DNA of 64,000 nt from Deltaproteobacteria bacterium. Its GTDB lineage: Bacteria; Myxococcota; Myxococcia; SLRQ01. The DNA lies in NCBI GenBank assembly GCA_029210625.1, contig JARGFU010000001.1, positions 261,806-325,805 on the forward strand, given 5' to 3'. The translations under genes and the position numbers were made by a program. Below are positions 37,300 to 44,862 of the stretch, in pieces; within the stretch, counting starts at the first letter, position 1; each line of letters opens with the position of its first letter. The notes beneath the pieces are model-generated. The model was not told the origin of the DNA. It was given only the letters and a program-made list of their open reading frames with translations, and ran no database searches.

Positions 37300-38245
37300 C
37301 CGCTCCTCCTCGGTGCGGTGGAAGAGGGCGTAGTCGATCATCAGGCGGCCGTCGGGCAGCTCGCTGATCACGTCCACGAAGCGGTGACCGGCCTTGAGGT
37401 CCTCCAGCCGGTAGATGTGGCGGACGTAGGTGGTCTGCCCGTAGGTGCCGTCGTGGCCCTTGAGCGTCGCGATGAAGCCCATCACCCCGCTGGCGGGATC
37501 CTCGAGGTCGATCCCGAAGAGGGGGCTCGCCTCGTCGATCTCGTGCATCACCGACCAGGTCATCGTGAAGAGGGGCGAGCGCGAGCGCGAGAGCTCGAGG
37601 GGGTGGATGCGCCGGAAGTGGTGGCCCTCGGGGGAGAGCTCGTCCCGCAGGAGCGAGACGCTCACGCTGGCGTCGACGACCTCGTTGCCCCGGGCGTTGC
37701 CCACCCGGAACATCAGCACGTCCTTCCCGTTCATCCGGGTGAGGACGATCGGCTCGGAGAAGAGCCAGCCAGAGGCCGGCGCCCAGGGTGAAGACCCCAC
37801 CCCAGTAACGGGCGAAGTCCCGGGAGTCGGGGGTCTGCTTCCAGGCCCGCCCGTACATCACGGCCACCAGCCCCCAGGCCGCGGCCGCGGCGAGGGCGAA
37901 GGGGGCGTGCCGGCCGGCCATGGCCGCAGGGGCGGAGATCGCCATCCCGCCCACCGCGAACATCTGGAGGAGGACCAGGGTGCGGTGGAGGAAGTCCTCG
38001 ATGTTGAAGCGGTTCCCGTAGAAGGTGAAGCCGGTCCAGGAGACCCAGAGGGGCACGAAGGCCCCGACGAAGGCCACGAAGCCCCCGACCGAGACGTCGG
38101 CCGAGAGGCCGTTGCCCAGCTGGATGAAGGCGGCGACGAAGATCAGGTCGTAGAAGAGCTCGAGCCAGGTCGGCTTCTTCTCCAGGCCGAGGGCCGGGGA
38201 GTGCAGGAGAGGAGCGTGGAACCAGCGGCTGCGCATGAGGGGCAA
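37285..38245 (-). pseudogene. frameshifted chimeric gene: LtrA-like (low temperature requirement A) membrane N-terminal domain (~170 aa, 38245..~37770), then an inward-rectifier K+ channel cytoplasmic (Kir C-terminal, IRK_C-like) domain in the adjacent frame (~37800..37285)
   Basis: The N-terminus, KKPTWLELFYDLIFVAAFIQL...PLWVSWTGFTFYGNRFNIEDFLHRTLVLLQMFAVGGM, matches LtrA (compare Listeria LtrA WFELFYDLVFVAAI...IWWAWVGQTLFVNRFGEDTFHHRLLMLVQMGFVL). After about 37770 this frame becomes low-complexity. The neighbouring frame encodes FSEPIVLTRMNGKDVLMFRVGNARGNEVVDASVSV...FTMTWSVMHEIDEASPLFG...GHRFVDV...IDYALFHRTEE, collinear with the Kir2.1/KirBac cytoplasmic domain (LVFS..AVI..RDGKLCLMWRVGNLR...IVHEIDEDSPLY...GHRF...VDYSRFHKT). 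Confidence 0.55.
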
Positions 38246-38301
38246 GGTACTCCGGGGCCGCCATCGAGCCAGCGCGGCCCTTCGGCTAGAATGGTGGAGG
38301 C

Positions 38302-38697
38302 ATGGAGGACTTCCCCGAGCCGATCGAGGCGCGCGACGTGGAGACCCTGCGGGAGGCGCTCGCCGGGGGCGCCCGAGCGCAGTACCTCCTCTTCTGGGGC
38401 CACACCCCCCGCCAGGCGGGCGTGGCCGACAAGGCCTGCCTCTCCCAGTGGTACCCCTCCCCCTTCGTCGTCGATGGCCTGACCTACGCCACCGCCGAGC
38501 ACTTCATGATGGCCGAGAAGGCCCGGCTCTTCGACGACGGGATCACCCTGGCGAAGATCCACGAGGCCAGCAGCCCGGCGGAGGCCAGGGCCCTCGGCCT
38601 GGCGGCCGACGACCCCGACGCCCAGCGGCCCGAGGCCTGGCCGGGCCAGAACCTCCTGGGCTTCGCGCTGATGGAAGTCCGGGCCAGGCTCACATGA
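38302..38697 (+). CDS. NADAR-domain protein (YbiA/DUF1768 family N-glycosidase / ADP-ribose-processing hydrolase)
   Basis: NADAR signature FWGHTPRQAGVADKACLSQWYPSPFVVDGLTYATAEHFMMAEKARLFDD. Its stop overlaps the start of the downstream ARH gene (ATGA at 38694). Confidence 0.7.
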   Translation: MEDFPEPIEARDVETLREALAGGARAQYLLFWGHTPRQAGVADKACLSQWYPSPFVVDGLTYATAEHFMMAEKARLFDDGITLAKIHEASSPAEARALGLAADDPDAQRPEAWPGQNLLGFALMEVRARLT

Positions 38698-39611
38698 GCG
38701 CCGAACGCACCGACCGGATCAAGGGTGGCCTCCTCGGCCTGGCCCTGGGGGACGCCTTCGGGGCTCCCCACGAGGGCGGCCCCATCGAGCGCCTGCTCTG
38801 GCGGGCCATCGGCCGCAGCGAGGGAAAGCAGCGCTTCACCGACGACACCACGATGTCCCTCGACCTCGCCGAGTCCCTCGTCGAGCGCGGCGCGCTCGAT
38901 CTCGACGACCTCGCCCGGCGCTTCGGAGCGAGCTACCGCTGGTCGCGGGGCTACGGCCCGGGGGCGGCGAAGCTGCTCAAGCGGGTGCGCGGCGGAATGG
39001 ACTGGCGGGAGGCCAGCCGCTCGGTCTACCCGGAGGGCTCCTTCGGCAACGGCGGCGCGATGCGGGCGCCGGTGATCGGGCTGGCCTTCGCCGCCCGGCC
39101 CGAGGCGCTCGCCGACGCCGCCAGCGAGCAGGCCAGCATCACCCACGCCCACCCCCTGGCGAGGGAGGGCGCGGTGATGATCGCCGCCGCCACCGCCGCC
39201 GCGCTCGAGGGCGTCGATGCCGAGGCCCTCCTGGACGCCGCGACGGCGCCCTGCGAGCAGGCCCCCTTCACGATGCGGCTGGAGATCGCCCGCGGCTGGC
39301 TGCGGCTGTCGCAGGGGAACGAGCCCTCGCCGCGGGAGGTGCGGGAGAGCCTGGGCAACGGCATCGCGGCGGTGGACTCCTGCGTCACCGCCCTCTACCT
39401 GGCCGGCCGCTTCCTGCACCTCGACTTCGCCGACCTCCTTCGCTTCGCGGCCCTCCTCGGCGGCGACGTCGACACCATCGGCGCCATGGCCGGCGCCCTC
39501 TGGGGCGCCCACAACGGAGCGGGGGAGCTGCCGGGGGAGCTGCTCGGCCTGCTCGAGCAGCGCGAGCGCCTCGAGGCCGCCGCCGCCGGCCTCGCCGCCA
39601 CCTTCGCCTGA
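38694..39611 (+). CDS. ADP-ribosylglycohydrolase (DraG/ARH3-like), full length
   Basis: ARH N-terminus IKGGLLGLALGDAFGAPHEG, metal-site motifs DDTTMSL and GNGGAMRAPVIGLAF, and C-terminal GGDVDTIGAMAGALWGAHNG. Confidence 0.8.
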   Translation: MSAERTDRIKGGLLGLALGDAFGAPHEGGPIERLLWRAIGRSEGKQRFTDDTTMSLDLAESLVERGALDLDDLARRFGASYRWSRGYGPGAAKLLKRVRGGMDWREASRSVYPEGSFGNGGAMRAPVIGLAFAARPEALADAASEQASITHAHPLAREGAVMIAAATAAALEGVDAEALLDAATAPCEQAPFTMRLEIARGWLRLSQGNEPSPREVRESLGNGIAAVDSCVTALYLAGRFLHLDFADLLRFAALLGGDVDTIGAMAGALWGAHNGAGELPGELLGLLEQRERLEAAAAGLAATFA

Positions 39612-39649
39612 AGACCCGGCCGCGCGGTGGACGCGAGGCGCGAGGTGCG

Positions 39650-41388
39650 GGATGCTCCCACGCACCTTGTCCGCTCTGCTCCACGCCCCGCTGCCTCGCC
39701 TGACGGTCCTCGCCCTGGCCCTGCTGCCAGCGCTCCCGGCGCTGGCCTCCGCCGCGGGCGCGCCCGCGGAGCCGCCCTTCCCCCTGCCCGAGGGGCGGGT
39801 CGTGGAGACCCAGATGAACGTCTGGGAGGACCGCACCTACACGGTGGAGCTCTTCCTCAAGCGCAAGCTCTGCCCGGCCCTCAAGGAGCACGGCGCGGCG
39901 GCCGCGGCGCTCTTCGACGAGGAAGCCTCGCTAGTCCTGCCCACGGAGACCGAGCAGCCCCTGAAGGTGCACCTCCTGGGGCTCGAGGGTGGAACGCTGG
40001 CGCCCGGCCCCGAGCAGACCCTGGGGCGGGAGGGCGTGGGCGCGGCCCTCGAGGGTTGGCTCGGGCCCCACGCCGAGCGCAGCCGCTGCTCGGTGGGCTT
40101 CCACACCTCGATCATCGTCCGGGGAGAGCCCTTCCTGGCCCAGGGTCGCTTCCACCTCACCTTCGGCAGCCGGGACGCCCGGGGCAGGCCGATCATGGAC
40201 AGCGTCGAGGCCAGCTACGAGCTGCGCGGTAGCCGCAAGTCCCCCCGGATCTCCCGGCTCCACCTCGAGCAGGTCTACCGGATCCGGGCCGAGGCGCCGC
40301 GCTTCGTGGACGTCACCGAGGCGGCCGGGCTTCCGCCGGTCTTCTCCGAGCGGAAGAGCAACTTCTCCCTCGACGGCCCCGACCGCGGCAGCATCGCCAT
40401 CGACGACGTGAACGGCGACGGCTGGCTGGACCTCTACATCGGCCGCGCCGACGCGAACCTGCTCTTCCTCGCGAAGGGCGACGGGACCTACGAGGAGAAG
40501 GCGAAGAGCTACGGCCTGGGCGACACCGGCGCCGCGCGCTCGATGCACTTCGTCGATCTCGACGGTGACGGGGACGAGGACCTGGTGATCGCCAACGCGG
40601 TCCATCGCAAGGGCCGCGGGGGCATCATGGTCTACCAGCGTGAGGGCGAGCGCTTCACCCTGGTGCAGAAGATCGACCTCGGCCAGTCCAACCACTTCCG
40701 CACCATGGCGACGGGTGACGTCGACGGAGACGGTGATCTCGATCTGCACGTCTCCAACTACGGGCGCTCCGACGTCCGCGGCTCCGAGAGCCTCCTCTTC
40801 GATCCCACCGGGCTTCCCGACCTCCTCCTGATCAACGAGACGAAGGACGGAAAGATCCAGCTCGTGAACCGCGCGAAGGAGTGGGGGGTCGCCGACCGCT
40901 TCTGGACCTACGGCACGGCCCTGGCCGACCTGGACGACGATGGCCGCCTCGACCTCGCCATCGCCGACGACTTCGGCCCCAAGCGCCTCTACCGGAACAC
41001 CGGCGAGGGCCGCTTCGAGGATCTCTCCGAGGCCTCCGGCGTCGGCTTCGAGCGCGCCTCGGGCATGGGCGTGGACGTGGCCGACATCAACGGAGACGGC
41101 CACCTCGACCTCTACTTCGCCAACATGCACTCCAACGCCGGCACTCGCCTCGGCAACTTCCTCCCCCGGAAGGACGACGTCTCCGGCCGCATCCACCGCG
41201 CGGCCGCGGGCAACACCCTCTGGCTGGGGAAGGGCGACATGAAGTTCCAGGAGGTCGGCGTGCCCTGGGGCGTCGCCGACGGGGGATGGGCCTGGGGCAT
41301 CCGCTTCGTCGACCTCGATCTCCACGGGGGCTCCGAGCTCGCCTCCCCCTGCGGCTTCCTGACGGGACCCGAGCTCGACGACGGGTGA
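39650..41388 (+). CDS. secreted FG-GAP/VCBS repeat protein (CRTAC1/ASPIC-like, N-terminal part), ending at a TGA that lies in frame with the next ORF
   Basis: Signal peptide LTVLALALLPALPALASA. Multiple FG-GAP/integrin-like calcium-binding repeats follow (IDDVNGDGWLDLYIG, VDLDGDGDEDLVIAN, GDVDGDGDLDLHVSN, LADLDDDGRLDLAIADDFG, ADINGDGHLDLYFAN). Confidence 0.75.
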
Positions 41389-42456
41389 GTGCCCTACTGG
41401 CGCCTGGTCCTGGCGTCCGAGCCCGACACCCCCGGGAAGCTCAAGCGGGTGGCCCAGACCCCGATGATCCGCAAGGACACCCGGACGACGACCCTCTCCG
41501 GGCGTGAGCGCGATCGCTACTTCGTGCGGGTGGGCGAGGGGGAGCCCTTCTACCTGGACGTCGGCTTCGTGCTGGGCACCGACTCGGTCACCGACTCACG
41601 CAGCCTGGCCAAGGCCGACCTCGATGGAGACGGCGACCTCGACCTGATCCTGCGCACCGAGGGCCCGAACCGGAAGCTGCGGGTCTACCGCAATGAGGGG
41701 CCCTCGGGCCCCTCCGCCGAGGTCCGCTTCGCCACCAGCCGGGACGCCGCCTCGGCCACGATCCTCGTCACGAGCGGCGACGCCACCACCAAGATCCCCA
41801 TGCTCATCGGCCAGGGCTTCCTGGCCCAGGACCCCTACCGGCAGCTCGTCCCGCTGGGCGAGGACGGGAAGACCGAGCTGAAGGTCCGCTGGCCCGGCGG
41901 AGAGCAGGTGAAGCTCGACGCCCTCGTGCCCGGGGCGATCGTCGAGGTCCGGCGCTACCCCGAGGCGAAGCTCAGCGTGCTCACCCGCCCTGCCCCCCTC
42001 GTGCTGGGGGGGAGCGCCGTCGAGACCGCGCCGGCCACCTGCGACCTGGCGGCCCTGAAGGAGGATCTGCCCGAGGAGGAGGCGGAGCTGGTCGAGGCCG
42101 GCGAGGAGCGCCGACCCCTGCTGCTCAACCTCTGGGCGCCCTGGTGCCAGCCCTGCCGCAAGGAGCTGCCGCTGCTCGCTCGCTTCGCGAAGCAGCACCC
42201 CGAGGTCGAGGTGCGGCTGCTGGCCGTCGACGGCACGCCCCCCGCCATCGCGAAGATGGCCGGCAAGCTCGCGCCCGGGGTGAAGGTCACCCGCCTGAAG
42301 AGCGGCGCCGTCGAGCGGCGCGGCGAGGCCCTGCGGATCCCCACCACCTGCTTCTACGACACCGCGCGGACGCTGCAGCGGGGCTGGGCCATGCCCGTGG
42401 GCAAGGCGACCCTCGACGCCCTCGCCCCCCGGCCCGCCGCCTCCGAGACCCCATGA
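41389..42456 (+). CDS. UnbV/ASPIC C-terminal domain fused to a TlpA-like thioredoxin domain; GTG start immediately after the upstream TGA in the same frame (likely once part of the FG-GAP gene)
   Basis: One more FG-GAP repeat (ADLDGDGDLDLILRTEGPNRKLRVYRNEG), the UnbV_ASPIC-like block (ATILVTSGDATTKIPMLIGQGFLAQDPYRQLVPLGEDGKTELKVRWPGGEQ), then a Trx fold with CxxC (LLLNLWAPWCQPCRKELPLLARF). Confidence 0.6.
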   Translation: MPYWRLVLASEPDTPGKLKRVAQTPMIRKDTRTTTLSGRERDRYFVRVGEGEPFYLDVGFVLGTDSVTDSRSLAKADLDGDGDLDLILRTEGPNRKLRVYRNEGPSGPSAEVRFATSRDAASATILVTSGDATTKIPMLIGQGFLAQDPYRQLVPLGEDGKTELKVRWPGGEQVKLDALVPGAIVEVRRYPEAKLSVLTRPAPLVLGGSAVETAPATCDLAALKEDLPEEEAELVEAGEERRPLLLNLWAPWCQPCRKELPLLARFAKQHPEVEVRLLAVDGTPPAIAKMAGKLAPGVKVTRLKSGAVERRGEALRIPTTCFYDTARTLQRGWAMPVGKATLDALAPRPAASETP

Positions 42457-43271
42457 ACGAGCTCGTCGTCTTCGAGAGCCGGGACGGCGTCACCGTCCTG
42501 CGGATGAACCTCCCGCGTCGCCTCAACGGCTGGACGATGGAGATGATGGAGGCGCTGCGCGCCGCGCTCGAGCGCGCCGCCGGGGACGCCGCGACGAAGG
42601 TCGTCATCCTCACCGGCACCGACCCCTACTACAGCGCCGGGGTGAACCTCGGCGGCACCCTGAAGCTGGGTCACCCCCGCGAGCTACACGCGCAGATCGT
42701 GAAGCACAACCAGGCCCTCTTCGACGGCTTCATCGAGTTCGGAAAGCCGATCCTGGTGGCGGCGAACGGGCCGGCCATCGGCGCCAGCGTCACCTCGGCC
42801 ACCCTCTGCGACGGGATCATCGCCTCGGAGGAGGCGACCTTCTCCACCCCCTTCGCCGCCCTGGGCGTCCCCCCGGAGGGCTGCTCCAGCGTGCTCTTCG
42901 AGAAGCTGATGGGCGCGGCGACCGCCGAGCGCATCCTGGGGAAGGAGGGCTGGAAGCCCACCGGCACCGAGGCGAAGGAGATCGGCCTGGTGCAGTGGGT
43001 GGTGCCCCACGGCGAGCTGCTGGCCGAGGCGCGGAAGATCGCCGAGGGGTGGATCGAAGAGGGCCGCGAGCGCGGCTACCGCGGCGGGACGAGCCGGGAG
43101 GAGCTGCTGGCGGTGAACGCCCGGGAGTCGGTGCAGGTGGCCGACTCCTTCCTCTCCGCGCCCTTCCTGAAGGGTCAGTACCGCTTCCTCAAGAGCAAGA
43201 AGAAGTGGGCGCCGGCGGCGACCTTCTTCCTGCTCTGGCGCACGCGGCCCCTCTGGTCGCGCCTGATGTAG
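42453..43271 (+). CDS. enoyl-CoA hydratase/isomerase (crotonase) family protein
   Basis: Crotonase fold motifs VVILTGTDPYYSAGVNLGG and ILVAANGPAIGASVTSATLCDGIIASEEATFSTPFAALGVPPEGCSS. ATGA overlap with the upstream gene. Confidence 0.8.
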   Translation: MNELVVFESRDGVTVLRMNLPRRLNGWTMEMMEALRAALERAAGDAATKVVILTGTDPYYSAGVNLGGTLKLGHPRELHAQIVKHNQALFDGFIEFGKPILVAANGPAIGASVTSATLCDGIIASEEATFSTPFAALGVPPEGCSSVLFEKLMGAATAERILGKEGWKPTGTEAKEIGLVQWVVPHGELLAEARKIAEGWIEEGRERGYRGGTSREELLAVNARESVQVADSFLSAPFLKGQYRFLKSKKKWAPAATFFLLWRTRPLWSRLM

Positions 43272-43439
43272 CTAAACCAGAAATCACGATTCCCGATCAC
43301 GCCTGGCTTGCAGGCCGCACCCGCCTGCGGCGTCAGGCCTCGGTCACCTAGCTAAGGCTAGGCTCCCTCACCCTTCCTTGCATCCGGGCACGTCCGCGGC
43401 GCCATCCGCTGTTCGGGAATCATGATCTCTGGTTTAGCT
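43270..43439. mobile_element. MITE-like small element (~170 bp) with 28-bp imperfect terminal inverted repeats and lower GC than its surroundings
   Basis: Left end AGCTAAACCAGAAATCACGATTCCCGAT (43270-43297). The reverse complement of the right end, AGCTAAACCAGAGATCATGATTCCCGAA (43412-43439), matches at 25/28 positions. Internal palindrome CCTAGCTAAGGCTAGG. It is the only clearly non-coding, AT-richer stretch in the window. The stop codons of both flanking convergent genes (TAG 43269-71; TAA on the minus strand at 43434-36) lie at or inside the TIRs. Confidence 0.45.
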
Positions 43440-44855
43440 TCCGCTCTGGAGGTGGACGCCGAGGGAGAGCCAGGGCAGCGGGAGGATCTTGCCGCCCTCG
43501 CCGGTGTCCGCGTCCTGGGCCCAGACCCAGAGCAGGGCGAAGCCCAGGCGCAGGCGGAAGGCCTCGGGGCCCATCAGGCCCTTGCCGCTGCCCGGGCCGA
43601 TCTGCAGGCGCAAGCCCGTGGTGAGCATCGTGTCCCGAAACGGGGCGCGGGGCAGCAGCTCGGTCGCGAAGCTCCAGCGCTGCCCGACCCGCTGCTCGGC
43701 CGCGAAGAAGGGGAGCAGCTGCACGGGGATGCGCTCGATCACCCGGTCGTCCCCGGCGCAGACGTCCACGCCGCCCCCCACGCCCGGCGCGCCCAGCCCC
43801 CCCGCGCCGCAGGCGGAGCGGAAGGAGAAGGACTGGGGCAGGAGGTGGTGGTTGTCGAGGAGGTAGGCGCCCGCCACCAGGTGGGTGCGCCGGCGGGGGC
43901 CGAAGTGCTTGCCCACCGTCAGGGTGAAGAGGTTGAACTGCATGTTCGCGCCGCCCACGGCCACGAAGCCCGCGCCCGCGACCCCGTTGCCGAGGAAGGC
44001 CACGCCCCCGCCGCCGATGCCGGCGCCGAAGAGGTCGAGGAGGTCGTAGGCCAGCGCCACGCCCGGGAGCTTCGCCTGCTCGTCGAGGATCTTTACCTTC
44101 AGACCCAGATCGAAGAAGCCGAAGATCGCCAGCCCGCCGGCGCCGCCGGCGATGAGCCCGCCCGCCGGCACCGCCCCGCCGATGGCGCCGGGCACGGGGA
44201 AGCCGCCGAGCCAGAGCTGGAGCTGAACCCGATCCGAGAGGCCCATCGCCATCCGGAAGAGGAGGAGCTCGTCGTTGGAGACGAGCAGGTGGCCGGGGCG
44301 CAGGGTGAGCTCCGAGGGCGAGAGGAGGATCCGCTCGTCGCCGGTGTCGCGGGCGACAAAGCGGGTCCGGGCGTGACCGACCCGCAGGCCGAGCTGCCTT
44401 CCGAGCTCCCGGCCGGCGCGCTCGTGGAGCGCCGCCTCCTGGCCGGGGGGCGCGCCCGGCGCACCCCAGCGGCTGCGGCCGACCAGGGTGCCGTCGGGGA
44501 GCGCGAGGAGGCCCTCGACGATGAGGCGGCCGGAGCGCGAGTGATCCACCATCCGGCCGACGAGGTCCACGGTGTCGGAGCGCGAGCCGGTGAGGACCGA
44601 GCGCGCCTCCAGGATCCGGATCTCCAGCCGGAAGGCCGGCTCCCCTGCCTCGCTCGTGAGGCCGGCGGCCTCGGCGAGCGCCGGCCCGGCCGCCGCGGCG
44701 ATCGGCCCGGCCACCGGGCCCTCCCCGGTCGCCCGGACGTTGCGGATCCCGGCGTGGCGTCCCAGGGGGGCGACCCGCCCGCGCCCGGGGAGCGTGCCGC
44801 AGGCCGAGGCGAGCAGGAGCGCGAGGAGCAGGGAGCCTCTCGTCGGCGATCGCAT
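43434..44855 (-). CDS. lipoprotein / outer-membrane protein with a Gly-rich beta-barrel-like C-terminal half, hypothetical
   Basis: Lipobox LLLASAC. The C-terminal half is Gly/Ala-rich with an amphipathic beta-strand pattern. Last gene of a three-gene minus-strand operon. Confidence 0.45.
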   Translation of the reverse strand: MRSPTRGSLLLALLLASACGTLPGRGRVAPLGRHAGIRNVRATGEGPVAGPIAAAAGPALAEAAGLTSEAGEPAFRLEIRILEARSVLTGSRSDTVDLVGRMVDHSRSGRLIVEGLLALPDGTLVGRSRWGAPGAPPGQEAALHERAGRELGRQLGLRVGHARTRFVARDTGDERILLSPSELTLRPGHLLVSNDELLLFRMAMGLSDRVQLQLWLGGFPVPGAIGGAVPAGGLIAGGAGGLAIFGFFDLGLKVKILDEQAKLPGVALAYDLLDLFGAGIGGGGVAFLGNGVAGAGFVAVGGANMQFNLFTLTVGKHFGPRRRTHLVAGAYLLDNHHLLPQSFSFRSACGAGGLGAPGVGGGVDVCAGDDRVIERIPVQLLPFFAAEQRVGQRWSFATELLPRAPFRDTMLTTGLRLQIGPGSGKGLMGPEAFRLRLGFALLWVWAQDADTGEGGKILPLPWLSLGVHLQSGS

Positions 44856-44862
44856 CGGCTGG

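Noticed and set aside
37770-38245. Reading the LtrA-like segment as the transmembrane/pore part of a Kir channel
   Set aside because: No TxGYG selectivity filter or pore helix is present. The region matches the LtrA N-terminus (WLELFYDLIFVAAF / FYGNRF / LLQMF) in detail.
38302-39611. DarT/ART toxin partner for the NADAR-ARH pair
   Set aside because: No ORF with an ADP-ribosyltransferase-like pattern is present within several kb on either strand. The flanking genes are the LtrA/Kir remnant and an FG-GAP protein.
34100-41390. Selenocysteine or alternative genetic code as the explanation for in-frame TGA codons
   Set aside because: TGA is the normal, most frequent stop codon for neighbouring genes. 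One case has two TGAs within three codons. No SECIS-like hairpin is evident immediately downstream of 41388. The positions are not redox-active sites.
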